The translations under genes and the position numbers were made by a program. DNA of 64,000 nt from Rhizophagus irregularis. Its lineage: Eukaryota. This document shows positions 52,081 through 64,000 of this stretch, one piece after another (position 1 is the stretch's first letter; every line of letters begins with the position of its first letter). A model generated the notes under the pieces. That model was not told the DNA's origin. It did no database searches and saw only the letters and a program-made list of their open reading frames with translations. The DNA lies in the NCBI RefSeq assembly GCF_026210795.1, contig NC_089433.1, positions 186,001-250,000 of the forward strand. The letters run 5' to 3'.

Positions 52081-52425
52081 CACGTGACATATATATGATG
52101 GCGTAGTATAAAGTATATTGGAGTATAATTGTATGTAAACATATCAATATATAAATATAAATTAATAAATAAATTGACATTTTCTTTGGAATTTTGTTTG
52201 AATACCTGTCCAATTTGTCTTATTTGTTTAGATTGTTCAAAATCCTTTCAATTATTAATAAACGAAATTGTTTATTTAGTATTGATTTTAGCATCATACA
52301 AAAAATCAAAAGAAAATAACACGGGTATACTTTAATAAAATTTTAATATAACATAATTACATTATATAGTATATACAATTATACTTTATTATACTTATAC
52401 TACGCCATCATATATATGCCACGTC
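52081..52425. mobile_element. MITE-like element with ~30-bp terminal inverted repeats
   Basis: cacgtgacatatatatgatggcgtagtata and (rev-comp) gacgtggcatatatatgatggcgtagtata. No TSD visible. Confidence 0.75.
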
Positions 52426-52568
52426 TCCTTTGGTATGTAGAAGTTCAGCCAACTTTCCCGCAAAAATCATTCCCGTTAAATAACAAAACAAGGTATGTAT
52501 TATGCCAGAAGATATGTATGCATGGGAGCGAAACTTTCTCACAATGGCCTTGTATATAGGAAAGCGAG

Positions 52569-52985
52569 ATGTCTGATAAGACTGAGGTACCTGATAAGTC
52601 CAAAACGCCTGACAAGCTTGACATTATTCTTAATTGTTTCATCCCCAGTGAAGAAGTGAACGATATTTTTGAAGTAACGATATCTAACGCTAATGTCAAT
52701 AGAGTCTCTTCTTTTGCGGAGGCAATCAGAAACCATCGTCTAGATCGATTTCAGGATATTGTTTCGACCAGTTTTGCTTTATATAAGGTTGGGTTCGTAG
52801 CTGATAGCGTTATAATCCAAACCTTAAGCAACAACAATGTATTCATAGTAGAGGGATCAGTAAGAATGGGACTACAAGACACAATTTTTAGTCATTTACT
52901 CACACAGCCCCAGCGTATCTATTCTGGTGAAAAGGGAATCAATGTTATCGTATATCCTCCTACTGAAACAGTGCCACACAAATAA
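52569..52985 (+). CDS. Stand-alone Crinkler N-terminal (ubiquitin-like) header domain; possibly a truncated gene
   Basis: IILNCFIP, IFEVTI, ALYKV (LWKV-like) and GINVIVYPP (HVLV-like terminus), followed by a stop. Confidence 0.65.
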   Translation: MSDKTEVPDKSKTPDKLDIILNCFIPSEEVNDIFEVTISNANVNRVSSFAEAIRNHRLDRFQDIVSTSFALYKVGFVADSVIIQTLSNNNVFIVEGSVRMGLQDTIFSHLLTQPQRIYSGEKGINVIVYPPTETVPHK

Positions 52986-53181
52986 TTAGTATTTTTAAAT
53001 TCATACCAATGTAACGGTGATATATTCACAAATTAATTTTTGTATCAGTTGCTTCGGCAATGTTTTTTTATTTCATAAATAAAGCATATACAGTATTACG
53101 CTCTTGTCATAAATCTTGAAAAATGTCACGTGTAATGATGTAATACTGCATCGCCTAATTGCATAAATATCTGTTATTCTA

Positions 53182-53559
53182 CAGCCAAATAGGATCATGC
53201 TTTTTTCATCATGCTGATATTTTTTTTATTAATCTACCATTCATAATTATAATTGATATTTTTGACGTTGTTTAATTAATAGTTTATTGGTCAGTCTAAT
53301 AGGATCATGCAGATTTTGACGGACTGATATTTTTTGATAATTGATATTTTTCTTTTAATGGCTAAATATCAAATATATTTGCAGTTTACTTATACTTTTT
53401 ATATACTCTTACTATAATAATAGCATGATCTTGCGTGACTGACGCAATAATCTAGTTATTGGTTATGGTGGATAAAATATCGTGTCACCCCTTCAGGGTG
53501 ACCGATATTTTACCCCCCCCCCTAACCAATAACTATTATAAGATGATCCTATTTGGCTG
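53182..53559. mobile_element. Tc1/mariner-type MITE with 17-bp TIR and TA flanks
   Basis: ta|cagccaaataggatcat ... atgatcctatttggctg|ta, a perfect inverted match. Confidence 0.85.
53453..53535. mobile_element. 83-bp palindromic hairpin element nested in the MITE
   Basis: Outer arms tagttattggtta and taaccaataacta, inner stem taaaatatcg..cgatatttta. A second core copy lies at 25193-25236. Confidence 0.7.
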
Positions 53560-53702
53560 TACAATAAATATAATACATTAGCTAATACAAAAAAATCTCT
53601 TCCGAGCGCTTTACTTTGGAAACCAAAATATTTTTATATCCATAAACCAACTGCAGTCGAGTGCATAAATTTTTCACAAGCACAAACATACATATATAAA
53701 CT

Positions 53703-54640
53703 ATGTCTTTACAAGCTTTTACACCTTCTTCTCCAAGCTCAATAACAGAAGAAGTTTCTTCTTAAACGATGTTGGACGTTGCTAAGGGTTTTAATACAGA
53801 GGAGCTTATCGAATATTTGGGAGGAAAGACTTAAAACTAGATGAGGATGATATTAAAATTCTTTGTAAAGAGAAAATTGCTGGTCTTGCCTTTCTTGAGT
53901 CAACATAAGAAGAGTTTCACAGTATACTAGGTTTAGCATTAGGGCCAGCAAAAACACTTACAAAGTTTATTGAAGGTCTTGGTCAAAAATTACGTCATTA
54001 TTCCTCATATAAAACTCTCGATGACTTGAAGGAAATGTTGCGTAAAAATAAGGTCAATGGGAAGATATAACAAACATCAAACAGTTTACTCCTGGTAGGT
54101 AATTAATTAATTTTCGAAACTGACTAGTTAGGTATATTAACCTGCAGTCTTCGAGGATATTGATGATGATGGTAAGGTGTTCGAACACTTTATGGAGGAC
54201 ATTATCTTAAAACTTTCGAATGTAGAGACAATAACCAACGCTAACGAGCCACATTTTCACTTTTTAACATATTAGAAACATTGATGATGGTTTATTTCTT
54301 AGATCTGGCGAAACTTGAAAGTGCATTCCAAACAAATAAGAAAAAATGAACTGCGGAACAAGCATTCGGGAATGACTATTTTGACTATATCTATGGTATT
54401 GTGACCACAGGTGCAGAGTGGCATTTTATCATATACTCCTGATGATATATACTCTACGAGTGGAAGCAAATACCAAATTAATCTCACGAAGACTGCCGTT
54501 AAAGAAAACCTAGAATTGCTTCAAAGCAACGTGAAAAGGGTAATAGGCATTATTGTTAGGTTGTTGAAGGATCGTGTTAATGTAGATAGTTCTCCGGCTA
54601 GTAAGAGGGCTAGAATCAAAAATTTATCAATAAATAATAT
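53703..54640 (+). pseudogene. SAM-like header plus Crinkler-type restriction-endonuclease-like domain; disrupted
   Basis: KGFNTEELIEYL..DEDDIKILCKEKIAGLAFL..GLALGPA, then FDYIYGIVTTGAEWHFI and VKRVIGIIVRLLKDRV. In-frame stops (e.g. 53763) and frameshifts. Confidence 0.75.
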
Positions 54641-55230
54641 GTATCCTGGGCTACGTCCTGAACTTTTGTATTTATTTTCGCATGTAATAATAAAAAAAAT
54701 TTCTTGGCAAAAACCCGTTAACAAGTTGACAGGTTGATGAAATAATCTACATATTTTTCCAAGACCACGTGGTCCCGGAAATTTTAAAAATTTAAAACAA
54801 GAAATTTAAAAAATAAATTTAAATTAAAAACGTTAGTAGGGTTTACGGGTTTACATACTACATACGCCACAAAATATCATATGATCGTGATTTTTTTGAT
54901 GGGTTAGTTGATGAAATGGTTACATGCTTTCTTTTATAACAGTTGTTCGTTTGAAAAAGTTTAGCCAATAAATATTATTTTTACTAATAAAAATATTCTT
55001 TAAATTAAAAACATGATGAAATTTTGTGAAAAAATACCATGAAATTCTTTATTATTTAATATATTTGTATTTTTCAATGTAAATTATATTAATAGAAAAA
55101 TGAAATGAGATAGGGAATGGGATTTGGTTTGCCATCCCATTAATATGGGTAGCATGTATATATGTACGAGCCTCAGTATATCAAGAGAAATTGATTAAGT
55201 ATATTATCTCTAAAAAAAATACTATTTTTT

Positions 55231-55848
55231 TTAAGCCGCAGCTCCAAAAGCAGCGAAATAACTAGTTACTCTCGCAGTACCGCTAAATGAGAAACATGAT
55301 CCAAAATCTCCATCTTCATTACTTTTATAACTCCGGAGTATTGTGCTTACATTGTGTAGATTCGAGGTAGCTGCAATTTCTTGATTATTCAGATATATAG
55401 CAAATTGATCTACTTGTATCGGATTGCCATCCACATCATATGTTGTCGCTCCGACTGATATATCTAATGCTTCTCCTCTTCCGTATGAAGCAGTACCTGA
55501 ACAGGAAATTAAATTATTTTTATTGTCCCATTTTATGTACGAGCTAGCACACTGTGCTTGTGCGTTGTTCTCTGTTAAAAAATAATCAACACAAACTTCG
55601 GCGCCATTACATTGAATAGTATCTGATGTAAAAGTGCCTGGCAAATCTTTATTTGCGCATATAACCGTCATTGATGACTTCGTAGCGCACCAGGAGTTTA
55701 CAAGCTCACTGTAGTTATGGTCTTTACAGACGGGAGTTGTTGTTCTTTTGGAAATTAAAGTCCCATTCTTTGTTGATTCCTCTAGAGGTACTCCTACGAC
55801 CATAGTTGTGATCGCAATCAAAAAGAAAATACACAATTTAGCAAACAT
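55231..55848 (-). CDS. Intronless secreted cysteine-rich protein (205 aa), effector-like
   Basis: ATG at 55848. Signal peptide MFAKLCIFFLIAITTMVVG, propeptide ending in KR, and 8 Cys in the mature region. Uninterrupted GC-richer ORF. Confidence 0.8.
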   Translation of the reverse strand: MFAKLCIFFLIAITTMVVGVPLEESTKNGTLISKRTTTPVCKDHNYSELVNSWCATKSSMTVICANKDLPGTFTSDTIQCNGAEVCVDYFLTENNAQAQCASSYIKWDNKNNLISCSGTASYGRGEALDISVGATTYDVDGNPIQVDQFAIYLNNQEIAATSNLHNVSTILRSYKSNEDGDFGSCFSFSGTARVTSYFAAFGAAA

Positions 55849-56361
55849 ATTCTTTTTATTAGAATGCAAAAGAATAAGAAAAGGAAATGGAAAGTTTTAA
55901 GTTGTTCTTGTAGAAGGATAACGTTTATGAGAATTTATCTTGAATTTTATAACATAGTCATTCTCTGTATTTATTTATTTTCACGTCCTAATCACTCCCA
56001 AATAATTTTAATTTAGTTTATTTTGTCTTACATAGTTGATTGATAATGATAAAAAAGGTGCTACATGTAAAAAAAAACCTGCATTTATTCTATTTATTCT
56101 CTGATTGTCGCGACATACGATGGTTCGCAAATCATCTGTGAAACTGTAAATCTTACCATGATGGCGGCGGTCGCGTTGTTTATATTTATCTCTGCGACTT
56201 AGAATTTTTTTGTGGTCCGATCTCTATTTGTCACTTGCATAAAATGTCACTCCCTTTATGCAGTGTAACAACATATTAATATTTGTGGGTAAGATAATCC
56301 CGAAATAATTTATCGATCCCCGAAAAATATAGGTATATTCCGTCTTTCTTTCTTTTTTTTT

Positions 56362-56493
56362 TCGTAAAAGGCTCATAATTCCGGAATTAATAAGGAATTT
56401 ATCGAATCGTTTACATTTTCCGTGAATGGATCCGTGAAAGGCTCATTTTTACAGAGTTTTTACAGAAATAACGGATTAAATTTTTTTATAGGG
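56362..56493. mobile_element. Right end of the transposon family seen at 30026-30502
   Basis: aaaaggctcata.ttccggaattaataa...ccgtgaatggatccgtgaaaggctcatttttac...tttttttataggg. Confidence 0.8.
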
Positions 56494-56669
56494 ATTCAGT
56501 ACTAGTACGAATTTGTAAATCTGTACGGTTGATCATTATATTCTGCAATTAAGAATGAATATGAATAAAATTTGTGACTCCTCGGATGATGAACCGAAGA
56601 AAAAGTAGAAAAAGAACACAAAAAGACTGGATAGTCTGCTTTTCCCTCTGTTTCCAATTTGACTTAATT

Positions 56670-59600
56670 TAATTAATTTATTATTTATTTTATTTTATGG
56701 ATAGTAAGGAGAATTACAATGAAAACTATTAAAAAAAAAAGAAAGAATTACAATGAAAACTATTTTTTAAAAAAAAGAAAGAATTACAATGAAAACTATT
56801 AAAAAAAAAGAAAGAATTACAATGAAAACTATTAAAAAAAAAGAAAGAATTACAATGAAAACTATTAAAAAAAAAAGAAAGAATTACAATGAAAACTATT
56901 AAAAAAAAAAGAAAGAATTACAATGAAAACTATTAAAAAAAAAGAAAGAATTACAATGAAAACTATTAAAAAAAAAAGAAAGAATTACAATGAAAATCAC
57001 AAAACTATTCTAAAGAATATAACTGGAAAACATTATAGAACTTCAGCGAACCTAAGCACTGGAACGGACCCTTACTGGTAAAGAAAAAAAGAACTATCTA
57101 GGACTCCGACCAAGCCTACATAGGAAAGTAAAATATAAACGATCGGTGAAGGACATATAAACCAGTAGTAGGTGACTATACATAAAATGCAACATGACGA
57201 GTATTAATATGAGAGGTGTGAACATCTTGAGATAAACTAAAATCCATATGTTGGAAAAATGTACCACTATGAAGAAAATTGGATGATGAAAAGATAATGA
57301 ACATTAAATCAGCGGAACGGGTTCGAGTAATCGAAAGTAGGGGGTTTCTTCTATTACGTAAAGATGGTGGAGGACGTGTTTTTAAATTGATTCTTTGTAA
57401 TGCAGTGACTAAGTTTCCAAACTTTCCATTCTGTGGAACGTTGCTTCCAAACGTTGGTCTTGATGAGTGACTGCGACACTTGCATAAATGCCATTAGAGT
57501 CTTCTGCGCACAATATTGGTGTTAAAATGAATTATAAACATTCGGAATAAGTTGTGTGTTATATAAGATCGAATAAGAAGTATTGCCTCATCAGAAGGAG
57601 GAAGATCTTTGTAGGCCCAGCTGAAAGTTTCAGAATATTTGATGGAATCCGTGATACAAGTGAAATTTTATCAGCGCCTCGTCGAATAATGTTGTCTGCT
57701 TCAATTGCAAGTTGTAAAAAGGTCGTTTGTAAATGCGGTAAAAGTGTCGGGCAACGCCAGACTGATATGAAGATTAGTTTCCGTTTCAGAGTTACATAAA
57801 AGGCATTCGGTCCTATTTTTGATAATATCAGGGAAATTGCGGTTTAGTATATCTAAAGTGGATAACGTGTTAGTTGATGTTTTAATTTTCCAAGCAATAT
57901 CTTTTGAGTGAGCAGAGCTTGTAGGAGACCCGTGTGTATTATAATTAAGCCATTTGGCGGTTAAGTCCAATGAATCATGTGATATTTAGTGAAAGTTTTG
58001 ATGTCAGCCACTTCTCTGTGGTTAAGGTGGTTATCGATCCTCTTGTAGTTGATGATTTTGCCTAAGCACTTCCGCGCATCTTTATCGGGCGGGATTTTAT
58101 TGTCCGTTTGCGTAAGTATATGATTGTGTGTTATTGATGTTGAAATTGGATAGAAGCGACCAGTTTTAGCTAAAGCATCCGCTATATCGTTAAAGGTGTC
58201 TCCGGAGTGAGCCTTACTTTGTTAAATGCTATCGTTAAATTAAGAGTCTTAATAATAAAATGTATAGCTGCTCATAGAGAAGTGTAATTAATTTTGTTGA
58301 AGCGTCGAGGAGAAATATATTGTAACCTCGAAGATTTGTTAAAACTATCAATTGCTGATTGTGAATCGGTATTAATGATTACTGTAGCCTTATAAGGAGA
58401 CACGATTAAAGCAGTCAAAATGGCCTTTAGTAGACGACGGCATATATTCAACGGCTCCTTTATGGGTCCAATTAAATTCTTGTAAATTAGAAGTGGTCCA
58501 TCCATAACCCATTTGAAATTCTGGTGAAGAAGGCTCTGCATTAAATGAACCATCTGTGAAGTATTCTAGATGTGCAAAGTTGTTAAGGTGTCTGGCTGCG
58601 AACCATAATTGATTTCTAATCACTTGTTCATTAATTAACGCATTGATAATTCTATAATTATGTGTGATTTGTTGGTTATTCGATGAGGAGAGATCGGAAT
58701 AGGCGTAAGGTTACGTTGGATTAAGTAATCATTATAAGACAAGAGCCGACAGTGGAAGTGATTGTGTTTAATATGGTGATGGCAGCTTGATACGTAACTT
58801 TCAATATACATTTAGGAGTAAAATGTCCAATGTAATATGGGAAGTGCAGGAGTTGATCTAGGCGTATGTTGACGGCCATTACTATTATTGGTGCCGGGTA
58901 CTGGGATCCAATGTTCTATATACATGGTAGAACGCTATTAATATATATTAATATAATGTGTTGAAGTTAATAATCTTCCATAAACGGTATCTAATACTGA
59001 GTTCACCCAAACAGTAAATCGTCCTTTATACGAAATAGGTTCATTGGTGACAGGTGGAGGACGGAGGCGTTGCACTTTCGGATTTTGGATCAAATTGGTT
59101 CCTAAGTCAATATTAAGTCGACCGGTATTCGATTGTCGGGTAATTTTGTCCTTCAAGAAAGTGTACCATCTAGGTATTCGGCCTTGTTGTTCATTAGGCT
59201 TTGCTTGATATCGGAGTATTCAAGGAGGTAAGCTGAATCTATCGTGATGTTCTGACTCAAGAACATAATTCCTTTAGTTCGAATGCTCATAATGTGACTG
59301 AATAAGTATTTGGGATCGATAATAAAATGTGAAATAGGAAAATTTCCTCCTTTGGTGTTAAATTGAAAGTTAGTGGATAATGATATATTATAGTAAAACG
59401 AAAAAAAACAAATAAATTTTCTAATCTAGTAATAGTTTAAGGAATTATCAAATAAAGAAAAAAATTGTTCGGTACCAAAAACGTTGTTGAGATAATAACA
59501 TTAAAAATTTGATGTAGTTCGAAGTGTGGGAGAATTACTTTGGGCTATAAAAAGAGAAGCTTGCGCTTTTATCTGATCATCGAAAACGTTAATAATGTGA

Positions 59601-61200
59601 GGATATATAGTACTATGAATGACCGAGTTATAAATATTTTCGGTAATTGTAGTGATCCTTTAAAAATATTCCTCAAAATTGTGTTGATTTTCAAACATTG
59701 CGCTAGTGACAAAAATACATGATCGTGTGTAAGTTTCTTAATACGAATTAAATAAGAGAAATAGTTAACCATATTATGAATTTTAGATAACGTAGTGTTG
59801 TTGCTATTGTTGGCGCTCAGATAGACTCCTAATATTCTAGTGCCTTTTCCTAACGGGAGCACTTCAACGTTAATGGTATTCTCTCCAAAATTGAAAGTAT
59901 GTTGTGTGGAAGCAGCAAATGTCTTGTTATTTGTTAGTAATACCGTTTTGTCTTTGTTTATCTTAATATTGGCTTGGTAGAAGTCATCCGCTATTTCAAG
60001 TTTTGTTCCAAATTGTTAAGGTTGTCTGTTAACCAGGTTGTATCGTCTAGGTAACCTTGAATTTTCATAGATAGTTTTTGTTGGAAAGTATCGTCCTCGT
60101 GTTCATGAGGAATTTTAGTAGGAAGGTGTGCTGTATATTCAATTCCTGGGAATTTAGAATTGTTGATCGCTTCGAACATAGGGTCGTAGTAAATTACCCA
60201 AAGTGGAGACAAATAGATTCACCTTGGTCGATACCATTAATGATGTCGTAAGGATCTCCTAATCAATCTTAGAAGATAATTTGGTTTTTCCAACTGTGAA
60301 AAGATTAATAATAAATGTAATAATTTTGGAGGAGAGGCAAATTCTTTTGAGGGCTTTGGTGTAAGCTTTCGAGAGATCTTGTATCATTATATATGTAAAG
60401 GTCTTTTTTTAAATGGGTAGCCACGGTAATGGCAGTTTGTAGAGTGAAGATAATCTCCATACAGGATGAGCCTTGCTTGAGTGCCTGCTAGATTATTTGA
60501 TTGTAATATGCTATTTTCGCTTAAATATTTATTTAAGCGGGCATTAATGATTTTGACAAAAACCTTTTGAAAGGTGTCTAAAAGGACGATAGGACGAGTA
60601 TGTTGTATATTATTGTCCCACCAAGCTGGTTTAGGAATTGGATAGAGAAGCGCATCTTGCCATGATGATGGGATGATACCATTATCTAAAATATAATTGT
60701 AAAAGACTGTCAACTTCTTGTGAAAGGATGATGGTAGTTTTCGGATTAATTCGTATACTATGCCAGAAGGTTCCGGGGCTTTGTTGTTAGGAAGGGTTTT
60801 TAGAGTAGCGTTTAGTTCTTCTATTGTAATTTGAGCTGTTAAATAAATTGATAGCACTATGAGAAATATTAGTTTTTGGTTGATAAATAGTGAACCATGG
60901 TTCTCGTAATGATGAAATTCATTGTATTTGTTAGTGGAAGACTGGAAGTATATGATGAACCAATATTTTGGTAATGGTCGTTAGCTAATTGATTAATGCG
61001 AGTCGGATCAATGGTATACATTTGTTCAAGGATTGAATCAAGAGCTCGTTTTTGATTTGTAACTATGTCAACGTTTCGTCTATTGACAAAATGTTCGATC
61101 TGTTTTAAGTCCCATTGACTTTTTCTTTTTTAAGCAAATTATTAATATGAAGAAGTAATGTTTTGATCGCTAAGACAATAGTATCAATATGGTATTTCGC
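56670..61200 (-). mobile_element. Degraded LINE (non-LTR retrotransposon) ORF2 with RT, RNase H and a Cys/His motif, plus 3' UTR with (TAAA)-like tail
   Basis: RT motifs LPNNKAPEPSGIVYE, WQDALLYPIPK, TRPIVLLD, SPLWVIYYDP, GYLDDTTW and RILGVYL. RNase H motifs LEYFTDGS, INTDSQSAI and AHSGDTFNDIADALAK. CLLCNSETETNLH follows. Numerous frameshifts; the 5' boundary is uncertain. Confidence 0.88.
56711..56996. repeat. Minisatellite, 8 full copies plus one partial of a 33-36 bp unit, in the LINE 3' UTR
   Basis: gaattacaatgaaaactatt(a)9-10gaaa units start at 56711, 56745, 56781, 56814, 56847, 56881, 56915, 56948 and 56982. Confidence 0.95.
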
Positions 61201-62251
61201 TTCAAATTTAGAAGATTCTAGTGAGATTAACGTTATGCCTTCTTTCAAGATAGATAATAAAGAATTTAAATGATAAATGTGATTATATTTTGTCTTATAT
61301 TCAATGGCAAGTTGTTGCGTTTAGGCGTCATTTTGATTTTTTTGACGTTCATTTCCTTTCCAATTTGACTTAATTTCCTTGGATTTAATTCACGTGACTT
61401 GTTTTTTACCTCTAATGAAATTATGTAATTTGTAATTAATTGTGGGTTTTTATTTTAAGTTTTAATTATTTTAAGCCTTATCATTCACAATAGATTTTTT
61501 GATGTTTCTATATTTTGGGTTGGATTTTCTTTTTTTGTTATTTTAGTGATTTTGTTAGCAGGAGTGTATATAGATTTTTTTTCCATAGAATACTCAAGGG
61601 AAGTTTTATGAAGAAGCGGTTTGTTTGTAGGTTTTATACCTTGAATAGCGTTAGTTTATGATCTATGTAATTCTTATAATTCATTCTAATAAAACTCGTA
61701 TAGATTGTAGATTAGACTGAAATAACAAGCATATGGAAAAACAATAAATTTCATAAAACCATATTTCTGTTGTACAAATTATTAATAAATTTCAGGTAAA
61801 TATAGCCAGAATGATAATATGTACGTACTAGTAATTTAATACACAATAAAAAAGTGTTTTTTAATTATACACAGTTATTTCTAATTAAGGAATAATGTCT
61901 TTTTGCATTATCTGTTATATAATAATAACTGTTACTATTTTGAAATTGTATTTAATAATTCAATTTTTTGATTGATATTAAGACAAGAATGGTAAAAAAA
62001 TATTTTATACATTTCTTAAATAATTCTTTTTTTTTTTATAATTATCCAATTATTTAAACGAGTAGCAAAATATTTTACACATTCCTTAGTTTGTAATTTT
62101 AAAAAATTTTGATTTTGATCGATCGGCTTAAAATTATTCCGGATAAACAATACACAATTTCTGTACTATCGTAAACTTTGATCAACATTAAATTGATTTA
62201 CAGCTTGCTTAATTATTTTTTACCTTCTCTTCCAAAATATAGTAAAAAAAA

Positions 62252-63777
62252 ATGTTATCGCAGTTTTTACTAGATTAAGTGAAAATTATATTGAAATTTT
62301 AAATGATGATGAATATTATGATATAACAATTGAAGTTGGTAAGGATCCAAATGTAAAAATATTCCGTGCACACATGATTATCCTGTGTTACCGCTCTCCA
62401 TTTTTACGACGAACTTTAATTTCAAATAAAAAGAATAACGATGGTATTTTGGCTCATATTAAGTTATCAGATATCTCACCAGAAATCTTTCAAATTATTC
62501 TAAAGTAAGTAAGTAAGTCAAATTTATACTAACTTTTATTAGCAATTAAATATTTTATATTTAATAAAATTTTTTATATTATTAGATATATTTATGGTGG
62601 TATAATTTTTTTTAATGAACAAGAAACTTTAGAAATTTTGAAAGTATTGATTGCTGCTGACAAACTTCACCTTCAAGAATTAGTTGACTATTTACAGAAA
62701 TATTTAATTGAAAATAAAGTTGAATTAATGAAACAAAATTTTGGACTTGTTTATCAAACAAGTTTTTAATCTGATTCTTTATTAGATCTTCAACAATTTT
62801 GTATAGATTGTATGACTAAACATCCTCAAAAAATGTTCAAGTCACTTGATTTTACTTCACTTTCTGAAAAATCTTTGGTTTCACTTATTAAAAGGGATGA
62901 TTTACAAATGAAAGAAGTTGAAATTTGGGATCATGTTTTAAAATGAGGACTTACGCAAAATTCTTCTCTTATTTCAGATCCTGATACTTGGACAGATGAT
63001 GATTATGAAATGATGAAAAATACTTTACAACCCTGTTTACCGTTAATTAGATTTTTTAGTTTATCATCTGAAGAATTTGCACAAAAAGTTCGTCCATACA
63101 AAAAACTCTTAGGACGCCAACTTTATGAGAATTTGTTAAATTCATATTTGGATCCTAACATTGAACCAAGTGATAATATTTTACTTCCCAGATACAAGAA
63201 TGTTGATGGAGTTATTGATTCAAAAATTGTTAATTTAAATATTGTTTCTTTGGTTTCAAGATGGGTAGATAAAATAGATATTAAAAGTAAATTTGCTTAT
63301 ACGAGAGAATTATATTTATCATATAAATTTAATTTATTATTAAGAGGAAGTCAAGATGGATTTACTCCTAAGAGGTTTCATGAATTATGTGATAATATAT
63401 CTCATACTATTACATTCATTAAAGTAAGAGGAACAGAAGAAATTATTGGAGGATATAATCCTTTGATTTGGAAAAGTTTGAATAATGAATATGGTGAAAC
63501 AAAAGATAGTTTTATATTTTCTTTTAAAAGTAAGGATAACTTCAAAGTTCCAATTTTGAGCCATGTAAATCCAAAGGATATAAATGGAGCGTTATTTTAT
63601 CATACTAGAAGTGGTCCTACGTTTGGTCGTGATCTTTATATAGGCGTAAAAGGAGTTGATTCAGATGAATATCATCGTAATTATTGTAGAAAATATAGGT
63701 ATGAAAAAGAGATAAGGAATACAGAAGATCTATTCTCAATAGAAGACTATGAAGTATTTCAAATTGTAAAAAGTTAA
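62252..63777 (+). pseudogene. BTB-BACK-TLDc pseudogene (TLDc part still open)
   Basis: YDITIEVGKDPNVKIFRAHMIILCYRSPFL. Frameshift near 62265, in-frame TAA at ~62767 and TGA at ~62944. TLDc motifs lie in ORF 63010-63777. Confidence 0.85.
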
Positions 63778-64000
63778 GCTATATAATTTGTATTTAATTT
63801 TGTTCTTAAAGCTAGTTGTACTTTGTAATTACAGATAGAATTATATAAGATTTTTGTAAACGTACATTATAATAAATTCTGGGCCTGGGTATAATGACTC
63901 AAGTTCCAATTTAATCAACTTAAACTTATAAATAATTAATTATTACTTATTTGGTAAATATTTTTTTTTTGTTTTTTATTGATTAATTGATTTAGAAAGT

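Noticed and set aside
56711..56996. CRISPR-like array
   Set aside because: Units are head to tail with no unique spacers, there are no cas genes, and the context is a eukaryotic LINE 3' UTR. It is a minisatellite.

Overview
Very AT-rich, intron-rich eukaryotic DNA. The gene families (BTB-BACK-TLDc, tyrosine-kinase-like kinase plus Sel1, Crinkler and SAM-headed nuclease genes, RNase H-bearing LINEs, Helitrons, MITEs) point to an arbuscular mycorrhizal fungus (Glomeromycotina, probably Rhizophagus); this is an inference. A gene-dense core at about 11.3-28.7 kb holds six apparently intact spliced genes: an alpha/beta-hydrolase fused to a tyrosine-phosphatase-like domain lacking the catalytic Cys, a secreted PI-PLC-X-like phosphodiesterase, EAF3/MRG15, a 10-finger C2H2 protein, Rab-GGTase alpha (BET4) and a kinase-Sel1 gene. 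The repeat-rich flanks carry a BTB-TLDc gene, a UDP-glycosyltransferase, a secreted Cys-rich protein, many pseudogenes and nested transposons. The most unusual non-coding signals are a 67-68 nt motif repeated three times inside a GC-AG intron, whose hairpins show compensatory substitutions (10085-10268), and two unrelated arrays of repeated micro-exon/intron units, one inside a complete non-autonomous Helitron and without a continuous ORF (39240-40075 +; 8880-9660 -). All calls were made by eye without database searches, and exon boundaries may be off by a few bases.
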